This document shows, one piece after another, positions 38,972-48,332 of a stretch of 64,000 bases of DNA (its first letter is position 1; each line of letters begins with the position of its first letter). The stretch spans positions 25,901 to 89,900 of the forward strand of contig MGWR01000041.1 in assembly GCA_001801085.1 (NCBI GenBank). The letters are read 5' to 3'. Below the pieces are notes generated by a model. That model saw nothing but the letters and a program-made list of their open reading frames with translations. It had not been told where the DNA came from and ran no database searches. A program made the position numbers and the translations under genes. This DNA is from Gallionellales bacterium GWA2_60_142 (lineage in GTDB: Bacteria; Pseudomonadota; Gammaproteobacteria; Burkholderiales; Gallionellaceae).

Positions 38972-39778
38972 CTATGCCGTCAGGCTGTTCATGGCCATCA
39001 ATCGTTGTTTGTCGGTAATGAAGCGTTGTAATTTTCCGGCGGTCTGTCCGTCGATATCCCTGAATTCGCATCCAGCCCTCTGTAGCATTTTGCCCGACTT
39101 GTGCTTGGAGATGGGAATCAGGTTTTTGATCGTAATGCTGACGTTGATCAATCCGATGTTCGGCAGGTCTATCTGGCAGTCGGTATAGGTTTCGCCCGGA
39201 ACGAGGTCGAAGTCTCCCTCCATGCAAACCAGTCCAATGCCGCCGCCACTGATGTCCGCGGCCGGTATTTCGACCTCTACAACGGATGCTTCGAGCGGGA
39301 CGGCATTTTCTTCCAGACTTTCTCCCCGTGCTTTTTTGACGTTGATGAGGCAGCGCAAATGTTCTGCTGTCGATAGGGATAGGCGGAAGTATTCGCGTCG
39401 TTGGAAGCGGTAGATGCTGGTCGGCATCGGAAGGAAGAGCGCCGGTTGTTTATCGTAGGTTACGAGGCTGGCGTTATTCACGAAGAACTGCATTTTTACC
39501 TGATTGTGCGAACTGACTAGCGTGATTTTTCGGCTTTCGCCGATATGGTGGTTTTCTGTTGAGGAGTGTCCCGGCTCCACCCATAGCCCGTCTTCATCTA
39601 GATCCAGTATCGTGGTCATGATGAATTCGCGCTTGGTGTTGTAGTAAAGAGCGGCATTTGTTCCGCTTTCGGCAATATCGCGCAAGATAGACTGGATCTG
39701 TTTGGCTGAAACGATCCGGCATTCTTGTTCGTCAGCGTCGGTGATGCTTTCGATGGTCAGGGGAATATTCTTTCTCAT
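38972..39778 (-). CDS. ycgR: c-di-GMP-binding flagellar brake, YcgR/PilZ family (copy 2)
   Basis: Near-identical N-half to copy 1; QRREYFR, DISGGG. Confidence 0.88.
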   Translation of the reverse strand: MRKNIPLTIESITDADEQECRIVSAKQIQSILRDIAESGTNAALYYNTKREFIMTTILDLDEDGLWVEPGHSSTENHHIGESRKITLVSSHNQVKMQFFVNNASLVTYDKQPALFLPMPTSIYRFQRREYFRLSLSTAEHLRCLINVKKARGESLEENAVPLEASVVEVEIPAADISGGGIGLVCMEGDFDLVPGETYTDCQIDLPNIGLINVSITIKNLIPISKHKSGKMLQRAGCEFRDIDGQTAGKLQRFITDKQRLMAMNSLTA

Positions 39779-39784
39779 TCGGCG

Positions 39785-39793
39785 ATGATAGCA
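39785..39793 (-). promoter_or_regulatory. Extended -10 (TGcTATCAT) 6 nt before the ycgR copy 2 ATG
   Basis: Minus strand TTTGCTATCAT-CGCCGA-ATG with no Shine-Dalgarno. Confidence 0.5.
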
Positions 39794-39814
39794 AACTGCA
39801 GAGGGCCGGCAAAG

Positions 39815-40123
39815 TTACAACTTGAGGAATGGCGGCGCTTGAGGGGTGTCGGCATGTTCGAGACGGTATAACCAGGCCAGCAGCTCCGCGACAGCTAGAT
39901 AAAGTTGCGGGGGAATTTCCTGATCCAGTTCGACTTTCATCAATAGTCCGACCAGGTCTTCCGATTCGTGCACGAATACGCCATGTTGCTTGGCACGTTC
40001 GATGATTGCCTGGGCGACCAAGCCACGGCCTTTGGCAACGACCTTGGGAGCGCTGCCGTTGCCTTGCCCGTAGGCGAGAGCGACGGCGACCTGCTGGGAA
40101 GATGGTTGTTTGGGGGAACTCAT
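39815..40123 (-). CDS. Stand-alone FlhB C-terminal-like protein (EscU/YscU/HrcU family)
   Basis: AVALAY..APKVVAKGRG..A..I..A..HGV, IPPQLYLAVAELLAWLY matches the post-NPTH part of FlhB. Confidence 0.88.
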   Translation of the reverse strand: MSSPKQPSSQQVAVALAYGQGNGSAPKVVAKGRGLVAQAIIERAKQHGVFVHESEDLVGLLMKVELDQEIPPQLYLAVAELLAWLYRLEHADTPQAPPFLKL

Positions 40124-41163
40124 GATCGCTTAACCACTTTCGCAGTCTGCAGCGGGACACCCGCGTTGCCGAGCGCATCCCTGAGTTGCGGCAATGCCCG
40201 GTTGAACAATTCGGTCGTCTTTGCATCTTCTGCGTGCAGCGTCAGACTCACGCCTTGCCCGGTAAATGACAGGGTCGCGCGCACATCGCCCAGTCTGGGC
40301 AGGGACAACTCCATTTCGGTGCTCCATTGGCGTTCGTTTTCCTGCCCTCCTTGCCGCTTGGGTTCGCCTTGTATCTGCCATTGCATCTGCTGTCCGGTCC
40401 AGACTTGTCCCATCCAGACCATATGATGGTTCTCCAGCGTGTGCAGTTGTTGTTGAACCAGCGGGAGCACTTCCTTGGCGATCGGCAGGGATGCGTCGCT
40501 GTCGGCCTTGAGCGGAGTTGCCGTTACCTGGGCTTGCGATACCGGGAGTTTGTCCTGAATGGACTGGGAGATGTTGCCGGCGGAGAGCGGCAATGACCGG
40601 CCTGTCAACAGATTCTGCGGCTCTTCCATCAGTTGGCTGATGCTGCGTTCCCCCCGTATCCATTGCGCCTGATGCGACTCGTAGAACAGGCCACTTTTGC
40701 CCAGTGCCTCGCGGAGTCCGCTGGCCATCTGTTTCACGTCGGGTGCTTGTTGCGTCGCTGCCCAGATGGCTTTGTCGCCGGTTTGATGGATGACGGCTTT
40801 TTCCGTCGGAAGGCCGGCAAGATTGGATAGCAGGCGTGCGGTGGAGCCGATCTGATCGGGGGTGGACAGCGGAGTGGTCGAAGCGGCCATGCTGAAGGTG
40901 AGCTTCGGCTGGGTGGCGACCACTTGCAGCATGATGGTGTCGCCGCTCCGGACGCTTGTGGGCAGATGCATTTGCATGGCTTGTCCAGCCACCTGAACCT
41001 TGAAGAAGCCATCGGCTAATTTTGATTCGACTGTTGCCTTTAGTTGTTGTCCCGGTTCGAGTTTGAGTGCTGCCCCCTGGACGAGATCGTTCAGGACATT
41101 CGGCGACGGCTTCGCGGAATTCGCGAGCGTCTGGAGTGCTGCGACGATATTGGCCGGGAGCAT
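40120..41163 (-). CDS. Second FliK-like protein (hook-length control C-terminal domain)
   Basis: SGLFYESH, W.GQVW.GQ.MQWQI, WSTEMELSLPRLGDV, LRDALGNAG; stop overlaps the next start. Confidence 0.78.
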   Translation of the reverse strand: MLPANIVAALQTLANSAKPSPNVLNDLVQGAALKLEPGQQLKATVESKLADGFFKVQVAGQAMQMHLPTSVRSGDTIMLQVVATQPKLTFSMAASTTPLSTPDQIGSTARLLSNLAGLPTEKAVIHQTGDKAIWAATQQAPDVKQMASGLREALGKSGLFYESHQAQWIRGERSISQLMEEPQNLLTGRSLPLSAGNISQSIQDKLPVSQAQVTATPLKADSDASLPIAKEVLPLVQQQLHTLENHHMVWMGQVWTGQQMQWQIQGEPKRQGGQENERQWSTEMELSLPRLGDVRATLSFTGQGVSLTLHAEDAKTTELFNRALPQLRDALGNAGVPLQTAKVVKRS

Positions 41164-41292
41164 GTTCCGCTATGTGTGGATCGGTCTAATATCCCGGCGG
41201 TGTTTCAGTGGCTTGCTTCGAGTCGCGAGATGGTAACAATCGCGTTCTTATTGGAGCGAGCCGAGAACTCTTACTTGGCCGGAATGCCTTGG

Positions 41293-41616
41293 TCAGCTTT
41301 CATATGCCTGATGCAAACGCTGTTCTTTGCGGTTGCTCTGGATGATGCTTTGCAGTTGGGCCATCCATGTCTGTGTACGGTTGCGGATGTCGGCATCATC
41401 GGCCAGAATTTGTTTGATCAACTGGATCTTGCGTTGGCGGTTGGTCTCGTCCAGCGTCGAGCGTTCGTCCATGGGCCTCATCGCGGCCACTTGGCGGCTG
41501 CATTTCTGTTCGAGCTCGACAAGATGATCCCACTCGCCTTCTTGCGCGGCTATGCGCATCTGTCCGGTCAGAACCGAGAGAGTCTCGTAATTGCCGACGG
41601 CCTCATGGTAGTTCAT
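41293..41616 (-). CDS. fliT: Flagellar chaperone FliT
   Basis: AAQEGEWDHLVELE, IKQILADDADIR, C-terminal AY; follows fliS. Confidence 0.85.
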   Translation of the reverse strand: MNYHEAVGNYETLSVLTGQMRIAAQEGEWDHLVELEQKCSRQVAAMRPMDERSTLDETNRQRKIQLIKQILADDADIRNRTQTWMAQLQSIIQSNRKEQRLHQAYES

Positions 41617-41617
41617 G

Positions 41618-42115
41618 TCAGGTCCTCCCATAGAGGGCCTGAACCTTGGACACTGCCGGAGTGACAGGGGCGGGTGTGGCTTGGGCGATCTGTACTGGTT
41701 GCTGGGGGGCTGCCGGAGCAGATGTCATGCTGGTTTGGCGAATGGCATCCCAAGCCTCTTTCAATTCGGTCAACAGGCGGGCCACTTCATCAAGTGCTGC
41801 GATATCGTTGTTCAGATTGGCATTTAACAGGCGATTGCCCATGTATTCGTATAGCGAAGCGAGGTTCTTCGCCAGATCGCCGCCGACATCCTTGTCCAGG
41901 CTGGCATTCAGGCCGTCGTCGATAATCATGATCGCTTTGGAGATGGCTGCTCCCTTGGCCGGAATATCTTTGCGCAGGATGCCGTTTTTCGCATTGGAGA
42001 TAGCGAGCAATGCACCCTGATACAGCATCGAGATCAATTTGTGCGGGTCGGCGGCGGTGACGGCGGACTCGACGCCGACTTTCTGGTATGCGCCGATGGC
42101 GGTGGTTGCGTTCAT
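41618..42115 (-). CDS. fliS: Flagellin chaperone FliS
   Basis: AYQKVGVES..ADPHKLISMLYQGA, LAKNLASLYEYM, LKEAW. Confidence 0.95.
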   Translation of the reverse strand: MNATTAIGAYQKVGVESAVTAADPHKLISMLYQGALLAISNAKNGILRKDIPAKGAAISKAIMIIDDGLNASLDKDVGGDLAKNLASLYEYMGNRLLNANLNNDIAALDEVARLLTELKEAWDAIRQTSMTSAPAAPQQPVQIAQATPAPVTPAVSKVQALYGRT

Positions 42116-42128
42116 GGTTTACCCCCGA

Positions 42129-44147
42129 TTATGCGGATGGCAGATTACTGAGTTGCTGGGTCAGGTAGGCGCTGGTCTGGTTCATGTTGCTCAGCATTTT
42201 GTCCAGCGCCACGAATTGTGCGCGGTAGCGTTGTTCGATGGCAGCCAGACGGCGTTCCATTTCGGTGCGACGCGTACCGATGTCCTTGATCGACGAATCG
42301 ATGCCCTTGGTCCGGCTGGAAATGATCCCCTCGTTGCCCAACGTCGTGTTCGACCAACTGCTCAGGATGGATGCGTAGCCCTGCGAATAAGTCACCGAGC
42401 CGCGGTCGCCGAGCGCGCCGCCGTTGACGATGACACTCAAGCCGGAAGGCGAGCCGCTTTGGGCGGTCAGCTTCTGTCCGTCGCCGAGGGCGTTCGAGCC
42501 CCCGATGGTGCCGGTTACATCGACGCCAACGGTCTGCGTCGGTGTGGCCAATCCCAGATCGGTTTGCGCGTTTCCGCTGGCGATCGAGACGCTGGAGGTC
42601 GAGCCGTATTTGGTAGATGCGATTGTCAATTCGCCGGTCACGGCGGCAGAAACGGCGACCGTTGCGCCCGCTGACGAAAGCGCGCTCACGCCGTTGATCT
42701 TCGATTGGAGTTCGGCGGCGAGGGCCTGCGTGCTTGCATAGTTGCCGGCGGAGAGCGTCACCGACGCGCTGATTCCGTTCACAAGCAAGGTCAGTGTGTC
42801 GTTTACGCCCGCGACGATAGAGGTGGTCGTGGGAACGGTGCCTACAGATGTTCCTTGAGTGGCATTCTGGGTGACGTTCAGTGCATAGTTGCCGGGCTTG
42901 GTGCCGCTGGCGGCGGCGCTGAAAGAAACCAGACTGTCGCTCGCCTTACCGATCGAGGCGAACAGGCTGGCGATATCGCCGAAGTTGTTGTTGATGGCGT
43001 CATTGAGCTTGGACTGATTGATCGCCAGTGTGCCGTCCTTCTGGAAGTTCACGCCAATGTCGGAAAGACGGGATACTGTCCCGGATGCGCCGACCACGGG
43101 TGTGTTCAGCATGTTGCGCAATTGCGTCTGCAATTGCCGCACGGTGCTGTCGCCGAGCAGAATGCCGCCTTGCCTGGTCGATGCATCGTAGCCGGACATG
43201 GTCTTGAGCGTCGAAACGATGTCGTTATAGGCTTTGACGAAACCAGAGATCGAAGCGCTGGCCGTTGCGGTGTCGCGCGACACGGTCAATGTCACCGGGC
43301 TGGTGGTCGTCTTGCTCAGGTTGAGTGTCACGCCTTCGATGACATCCGAGATGGTGTTGGAGGATTTTGTCACCGCCAGACCGTTTACCTTGAGGCTGGC
43401 ATTCTGCGCGACCACAGTCTGCGCCAAGTTTTGCGTGCCGGCCGGGTCGTGCGCCAGCAGGCTGGTGACGCTGGCATCGCCGCCGCCCGCGACGGATATT
43501 TTCAGGCTGTTGCTTGCGCCGCTATTGGTCGCGGCCAGCGAGAGCCGGTAGGGAGACGTGCCGCCATCGTTGACGATAGTCGCTGTCACACCCACTTGGG
43601 CTGCGTTGATCGCGTCTCGGATGCCCTGCAACGAATTGTTCGTGCCGTCGATTGTGACGCTCTTCGAAGGGTTGCCGTTGCCGGTGAATGTCGAGCCGCT
43701 ATAAGTACCGCCGGTATTTGTGGCGGAATCGAACGGCGTCAATGTTCCGCCGCTGATGGTGCCGAAGTCGAAAGTGATCGTCGTTGCCGTGCCCGCGCCG
43801 ATGGCTGCGGTGCTACTGGCTTGACCGGCTGCAACGAGCTTCTGCGCCTGGGTCAGACTGATCACTTCCAGAGAATAAGTGCCCGCCGCCGCTGTACTGG
43901 AGGCTGAGGCGGAAAAAACGGTTGAATCCGAAGCGCTGGCCTTCAGTGCCTGAAAAGTGCCGGCGTTGTTCAAACCGGCCAAAGCAGACTGAAAACCAGA
44001 TAAAGCGCCTTTGATGCTTCCGTATGCGGAAAGCTTCGCCTGATGGCTGGCTTCCTGCGTGTCGAGTTTGCTGAGCGGACGGCGCTCCACCGACATCAAT
44101 TGTGAAACGATGCCGTTAATGTCCAGATTGGTGGAGCCGATAGCCAT
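42129..44147 (-). CDS. fliD: Filament cap FliD
   Basis: LDINGIVSQLM.VER.P, SNTISDVIEGVTLNL, FVKAYN, RYRAQFVALD. Confidence 0.95.
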   Translation of the reverse strand: MAIGSTNLDINGIVSQLMSVERRPLSKLDTQEASHQAKLSAYGSIKGALSGFQSALAGLNNAGTFQALKASASDSTVFSASASSTAAAGTYSLEVISLTQAQKLVAAGQASSTAAIGAGTATTITFDFGTISGGTLTPFDSATNTGGTYSGSTFTGNGNPSKSVTIDGTNNSLQGIRDAINAAQVGVTATIVNDGGTSPYRLSLAATNSGASNSLKISVAGGGDASVTSLLAHDPAGTQNLAQTVVAQNASLKVNGLAVTKSSNTISDVIEGVTLNLSKTTTSPVTLTVSRDTATASASISGFVKAYNDIVSTLKTMSGYDASTRQGGILLGDSTVRQLQTQLRNMLNTPVVGASGTVSRLSDIGVNFQKDGTLAINQSKLNDAINNNFGDIASLFASIGKASDSLVSFSAAASGTKPGNYALNVTQNATQGTSVGTVPTTTSIVAGVNDTLTLLVNGISASVTLSAGNYASTQALAAELQSKINGVSALSSAGATVAVSAAVTGELTIASTKYGSTSSVSIASGNAQTDLGLATPTQTVGVDVTGTIGGSNALGDGQKLTAQSGSPSGLSVIVNGGALGDRGSVTYSQGYASILSSWSNTTLGNEGIISSRTKGIDSSIKDIGTRRTEMERRLAAIEQRYRAQFVALDKMLSNMNQTSAYLTQQLSNLPSA

Positions 44148-44151
44148 GATT

Positions 44152-44550
44152 TCATGCCTCCTGTTTCAGCAATGAACCCCGTTGGAACTGATCGATTGCC
44201 CGTGAGATCGACAACGCCTCTTCCGACGGGAACTGCCGGATGACATCGCCGGTTTCGGTATCGACCAGTTTCACCAATTGCCTCTGGGTGGTATCGTCAA
44301 CGCTGAACTCCAGATTCCTGTTGGACTGGCGTAACGACTTGTTGATATTGTCCACCACATTCTTCAATTGTTCGGCGGAAGGCTTCTGCTCGGCCACCTG
44401 GGTGACCGCTTGCTTGGGCAACTCCACCGATGCGCTGGGTACGGCTTCGACGTTTGAGGGGGTGGCAACAACGACATCAGGCGCGCTATCGCTAGCGAGC
44501 CTGGCAGGCTGCGGAGCCTGGGCGATGTTGCTTGTGTTCTGGATGAGCAT
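44152..44550 (-). CDS. flaG: FlaG family protein
   Basis: LEFSVDD..VKLVDTETGDVIRQFPSEE. Confidence 0.92.
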   Translation of the reverse strand: MLIQNTSNIAQAPQPARLASDSAPDVVVATPSNVEAVPSASVELPKQAVTQVAEQKPSAEQLKNVVDNINKSLRQSNRNLEFSVDDTTQRQLVKLVDTETGDVIRQFPSEEALSISRAIDQFQRGSLLKQEA

Positions 44551-44570
44551 TTTGCCTCTCCTTTCTCTCG

Positions 44571-44596
44571 AAACCCCAACCGGTTTCCCGGTTGGG
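44571..44596 (-). terminator. Hairpin after fliC (probable weak terminator)
   Basis: CCCAACCGG-GAAA-CCGGTTGGG stem on the minus strand with only a short GTTT tail. Confidence 0.55.
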
Positions 44597-44615
44597 CTAT
44601 CTTACCTCATTACGC

Positions 44616-46121
44616 TTAACGCAGCAGCGACAGCACGTTGTTAGGCAACTGGTTGGCTTGAGCCAACATCGCGGTACCGGCCTGTTGCAGAATCTGCGCA
44701 CGGGTCAGCGATGCAGTCTCGGCGGCGAAGTCCGCGTCCATGATGCGGCTACGGGCGGCGCTCAGGTTCTCCGATGTCACTTGCAAGCTGGAGACCGTCG
44801 ATGCGAAGCGCGATTGCAGCGCACCGAACTTCGCCCGCTCGCCGTTGACCAGCGACAGCGCGGCATCCACCGTCTTGATCGCATCGGTCGACTTCAGGAA
44901 GGTGCTGACGTCGATCGCGGAAACTTTGTTCAAGGTGGAGCCTACGGTTGCAAGGCCGACTGCGGCGAGCGCGTTGGTGCCGGCAGCAGCTTGCACCGCG
45001 GAGAACGACTTTTCCGAATCCAAGGTGACTTGGCCTGTTACGAATACACCGTCGGCCGTGGCGTCGGCAGCGAGGACGATGGCATTGCCCAGAGCTGTGC
45101 TTTGGTCGGCCTTAAGCCCCGTTACCGTTACCGTTCCGGCATTCGCGGTGGTGGTATCCTGTAATTTCACGTTTCCGCCGGTCGAGCTGGTCAGGATAAT
45201 GCCGCTGTTGTCGGCCATCAGGGAAGCAACCAGCCCGGTCTTCGCCGACTTGTCGTTAAAGGCGGTGACCGCGGCGGACAAGCCGTCGGCAGAAGTCGTC
45301 GCCGTAATAGAGAAGGTGACGGTTTCGGCGGTCGTGTTGTCACCGAATACCTTCAGGTTGTATGCGCCTGCGGTGCCAAAAGCCAGCTTTACGTCGGTTT
45401 TCGCGGTGGCGGTTACGCCGGTGCTACCGGTGATGTTGTTGACCTTGGCGGCGATGGAGCCTGCGCTGTCAGTGGTTACCACCGCGACAGCCGCAGTGCC
45501 GATGTAACCGTTGACATCGAAACTGCCGGCGGTCAATGCCGTTGCTTCCGCGCCTGCCGCGGCAAGTGTGCCTGAACCCAAGCCCGCACCGGCTGCGCCA
45601 ACCTGGTTGTTGCCGTAACTCGCGGTGCGCAAGTTGGACGCACCGGCGGTGATGGTCTGGTTGGCGTTCGCGCCGACCTGAAACTGGGCGGTGCCGAAGG
45701 AACCGTCGAACAGCTTGCGACCGTTGAACTCGGTGGTCTGGGCGATGCGATCCAGTTCGGAGACTAGCTGGCCGACTTCGTTTTGCAGCGCCTGACGGTC
45801 GCTGGCGCTGTTGCTGGCGTTGGCGGACTGGACCGCCAGTTCGCGGACACGCTGCAGCATGTCGCCCGCAGCCTGCAACGCGCCTTCGCCGGTTTGCGAC
45901 ATCGACACGCCGTCGTTGGCGTTGCGGCGGGCCTGATCCAAGCCGCGAATCTGCGAGGTCATCCGCTGGGAAATCGCCAAGCCGGCGGCATCGTCGCTGG
46001 CACCGTTGATGCGCAGGCCGGAAGACAGGCGCTGCAGCGCGGTCTGCATCGCATTCTGCGAACCGTTCAGGTTGCGCTGTGCGTTCAGGGATGCGATGTT
46101 GGTATTGATAAATGCGGGCAT
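44616..46121 (-). CDS. fliC: Flagellin
   Basis: [58 protein letters not shown]. Confidence 0.98.
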   Translation of the reverse strand: MPAFINTNIASLNAQRNLNGSQNAMQTALQRLSSGLRINGASDDAAGLAISQRMTSQIRGLDQARRNANDGVSMSQTGEGALQAAGDMLQRVRELAVQSANASNSASDRQALQNEVGQLVSELDRIAQTTEFNGRKLFDGSFGTAQFQVGANANQTITAGASNLRTASYGNNQVGAAGAGLGSGTLAAAGAEATALTAGSFDVNGYIGTAAVAVVTTDSAGSIAAKVNNITGSTGVTATAKTDVKLAFGTAGAYNLKVFGDNTTAETVTFSITATTSADGLSAAVTAFNDKSAKTGLVASLMADNSGIILTSSTGGNVKLQDTTTANAGTVTVTGLKADQSTALGNAIVLAADATADGVFVTGQVTLDSEKSFSAVQAAAGTNALAAVGLATVGSTLNKVSAIDVSTFLKSTDAIKTVDAALSLVNGERAKFGALQSRFASTVSSLQVTSENLSAARSRIMDADFAAETASLTRAQILQQAGTAMLAQANQLPNNVLSLLR

Positions 46122-46219
46122 TTTAACTCTCCTTGGTTTCGGTTTTACCCGGCCGGTTAGCCGTTTTACGTCGGTTTGATGCCTTGGTGAGACTGGCTTA
46201 TTAACCTTCGTTGATCCTG

Positions 46220-46246
46220 ATATCGGTGCATATCCGGAAAACTTTA
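46220..46246 (-). promoter_or_regulatory. Sigma-28 promoter of fliC
   Basis: Minus strand TAAAGTTT-N11-ACCGATAT. Confidence 0.85.
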
Positions 46247-46270
46247 GGGTATCTCTATAAATTCAAATTC

Positions 46271-46299
46271 CGTCATTCCGGCGAAGGCCGGAACCCCAG
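46271..46299. repeat. Palindromic REP/MITE-like element (CGTCATTCCGGCGAAGGCCGGAA type)
   Basis: TTCCGGC-GAAG-GCCGGAA hairpin with CGTCA head, a widespread intergenic repeat type. Confidence 0.6.
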
Positions 46300-46360
46300 C
46301 GGTTTTAATTAACATGTTTTTATGTCAGTGCGTTGCACTGTATGTTCTATTAAACGTGTC

Positions 46361-46457
46361 GTGGGAGCACCGGGAGGTGCGAACTTCTTTTCGCGGCTGA
46401 AGCCGCGAAGGTGGCGAGGAGGTCATAACGTTTTCATCGCGACTGAAGTCGCTCCTT
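46361..46457. repeat. GTRG-family REP-like cluster
   Basis: GTGGGAGCACCGGGAGGTGCGAA, TTCGCGGCTGAAGCCGCGAA and ATCGCGACTGAAGTCGCTCC hairpins. Confidence 0.6.
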
Positions 46458-46529
46458 CAGGGCGTTTCATCATTCGGGGTGCATTAATCACCATGATCGT
46501 TAACTGGACACCGGCCTGACCGCAGGTCA

Positions 46530-46553
46530 GTTTATCCTGAGCCCGTCGAAGGG
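46530..46553. repeat. CCTGAGC..GTCGAAGG-type intergenic repeat
   Basis: GTTTATCCTGAGCCCGTCGAAGGG resembles a widespread short intergenic repeat family. Confidence 0.45.
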
Positions 46554-46624
46554 CCGGTGTGACGGATTTATAGAGACGTCCTTAATCATAGATGCCCCTT
46601 TAGAAGATTTTTGTCTGGACGCTC

Positions 46625-48286
46625 TTAGCGGGGGGGGGGGGCCGCGATTACTCTGTTCTTGCCGGAATGTTTGGCTTGATACATGGCCTTGTCGGCGCGC
46701 CCGATGACCTCGTCTTGGGGCTCCTGCTGGTCGCGTTGAGCTACGCCGGCGCTGAAAGTGATCAGGATGCGTTCGTTCTCGTGCAGGAAAAAGCGCCTTG
46801 TCAGTTCGCGCTGCAGGCGTTCGATCGTTGCGGCACCTTCCTCCAGCGGGGTGTCTGGTAGCAGGATGACGAATTCTTCGCCGCCGTAACGGGCGACCGA
46901 GTCGCTCGGGCGCAGCGCTTCCTTGATGACGCTGCTCAGGTGGATCAGGGCCTGATCGCCAGTCTGGTGTCCCTGAGTGTCGTTCAGGCGCTTGAAGTTG
47001 TCGATATCCAGTAGCGCAACGCACAGCGGGCTCTCGGTTCGGTCGGCATGAGCCGCGTCATGCTCGAAGGCCGCATCGAGCCCGCGGCGGTTGAGCGCAC
47101 CGGTAAGCTGATCCTCGCGCACCATCTCGCTGACCTGGCTCAGTTCCTGTTCCAGTTGGCGGATGCGGGTTTCGGATTCCTGAACCTGCTTGCGGGTTTG
47201 CACCAATTCTTCATGCGATCTCAGCGCGCTGGTCTGAATCGTCCGGGTGTCCTGCATGATGTCTTCCAAAAGATGGCTGAGGTCGGCCAAATTCTTGGAT
47301 TTGCTGATTTTTTTGCTGTATCCCTCGATCTTCTGGTGGTAAGCGCCGGTGCTTGTCGTGATCTCGCCGAGGCGGTCCACGAAAGTGGTCATCAGATTCT
47401 TCAGCGTGGTCTTGGCTTCGATCAGGTTCTGTTTGAGCAAACCCTGCTTGATGATCGCGTCGCGCAGGCCGCGTTCGGCATCGGCGATGCTGCGCCGGTC
47501 GATCGGATTCGCGATGATGTCCTGCAGGATGGAGACTTGGCCATGCAGCCATTCATCGTCCTCGACCATTTCGCCGATATTTTCCACCAGCAGCCGCAAC
47601 AGGCGTATCAGTCCGTCGTGGATCTTGGTCTTGTCGCCCGAATGCAACTCGGCTTTGATCCAGAACTGGCGCAATTGTTTGTTCAGAGTGGCGAGTTGTT
47701 CGGGCGAGCGGATGGCGCGCACTTGCTGCACCAGCGTATGAGCGTCGCCGGACAGTTCCGGCAGGGTGCTGAGCAGGCTCTCCAGCGCCTGCGCCAGCAA
47801 CTCGCCGAGTTGTTGCGCCATTTCGCCGCTTGTGGCGCCGGACGGCATGACGCCGGTCTGGGGCGGGGGCGCCGGGGAAGCAGGGGGCGGCGAGGGCTGG
47901 CTGGCAGGCTCAACTTCGGCCGTGGCGGGCGGGGTGACCGGCGATTCCGCCCAAGAGCGCATTAGTCCGCTGATCTTCTCGAACAGGGCGTCCGGGTCGG
48001 AGGCGAACCGTTTCAACACGGTCTCCAGTCCTTCCTTTTTGCGCACGATGGTCAGTCCTTTGTGCGGCGTTTCCAGTTGGCGCAACAGGTCGCGGATCAG
48101 CACGGCCCAGGGACGGTGTGCTTCGTCGTTTGCCCCCGCGCCGGCCGGGCCAGCATCCTCAGGGGCACCGCTGATCTCGGCATAGATCCTGGCGTAATTG
48201 CCCGGAGTCGGCGGCGTCTTGCGCGAAGCCAGTTTGATCAGCGTTTCGCGGGCGATGTCGGAAGGGTTGGCGGCAGGTTTGCTCAT
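46625..48286 (-). CDS. Diguanylate cyclase (coiled-coil + GGDEF)
   Basis: DQLTGALNRRG, DIDNFKRLND..GH..GD, RPSD I-site, ARYGGEEF; start moved to MSKPAANPSDIARE. Confidence 0.93.
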   Translation of the reverse strand: MSKPAANPSDIARETLIKLASRKTPPTPGNYARIYAEISGAPEDAGPAGAGANDEAHRPWAVLIRDLLRQLETPHKGLTIVRKKEGLETVLKRFASDPDALFEKISGLMRSWAESPVTPPATAEVEPASQPSPPPASPAPPPQTGVMPSGATSGEMAQQLGELLAQALESLLSTLPELSGDAHTLVQQVRAIRSPEQLATLNKQLRQFWIKAELHSGDKTKIHDGLIRLLRLLVENIGEMVEDDEWLHGQVSILQDIIANPIDRRSIADAERGLRDAIIKQGLLKQNLIEAKTTLKNLMTTFVDRLGEITTSTGAYHQKIEGYSKKISKSKNLADLSHLLEDIMQDTRTIQTSALRSHEELVQTRKQVQESETRIRQLEQELSQVSEMVREDQLTGALNRRGLDAAFEHDAAHADRTESPLCVALLDIDNFKRLNDTQGHQTGDQALIHLSSVIKEALRPSDSVARYGGEEFVILLPDTPLEEGAATIERLQRELTRRFFLHENERILITFSAGVAQRDQQEPQDEVIGRADKAMYQAKHSGKNRVIAAPPPR

Positions 48287-48332
48287 GATTCGGTCTCGGC
48301 GGGTACGTGACGGAACGGGGTGGGGTGGCAGT

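Noticed and set aside
46122-46219. CsrA-binding GGA sites in the fliC leader
   Set aside because: Only the Shine-Dalgarno AAGGAG clearly lies in the transcript, which is too little to call a site.
46322-46519. 65-aa ORF upstream of fliC
   Set aside because: It runs across the REP-like palindromes and has no RBS or protein-like features.
46630-46641. G12 homopolymer (C12 on the coding strand) in the diguanylate cyclase as a phase-variation switch
   Set aside because: It lies in the last codons (APPPR-stop), after the complete GGDEF domain. Slippage would only change the tail, and the length may be a sequencing artefact.
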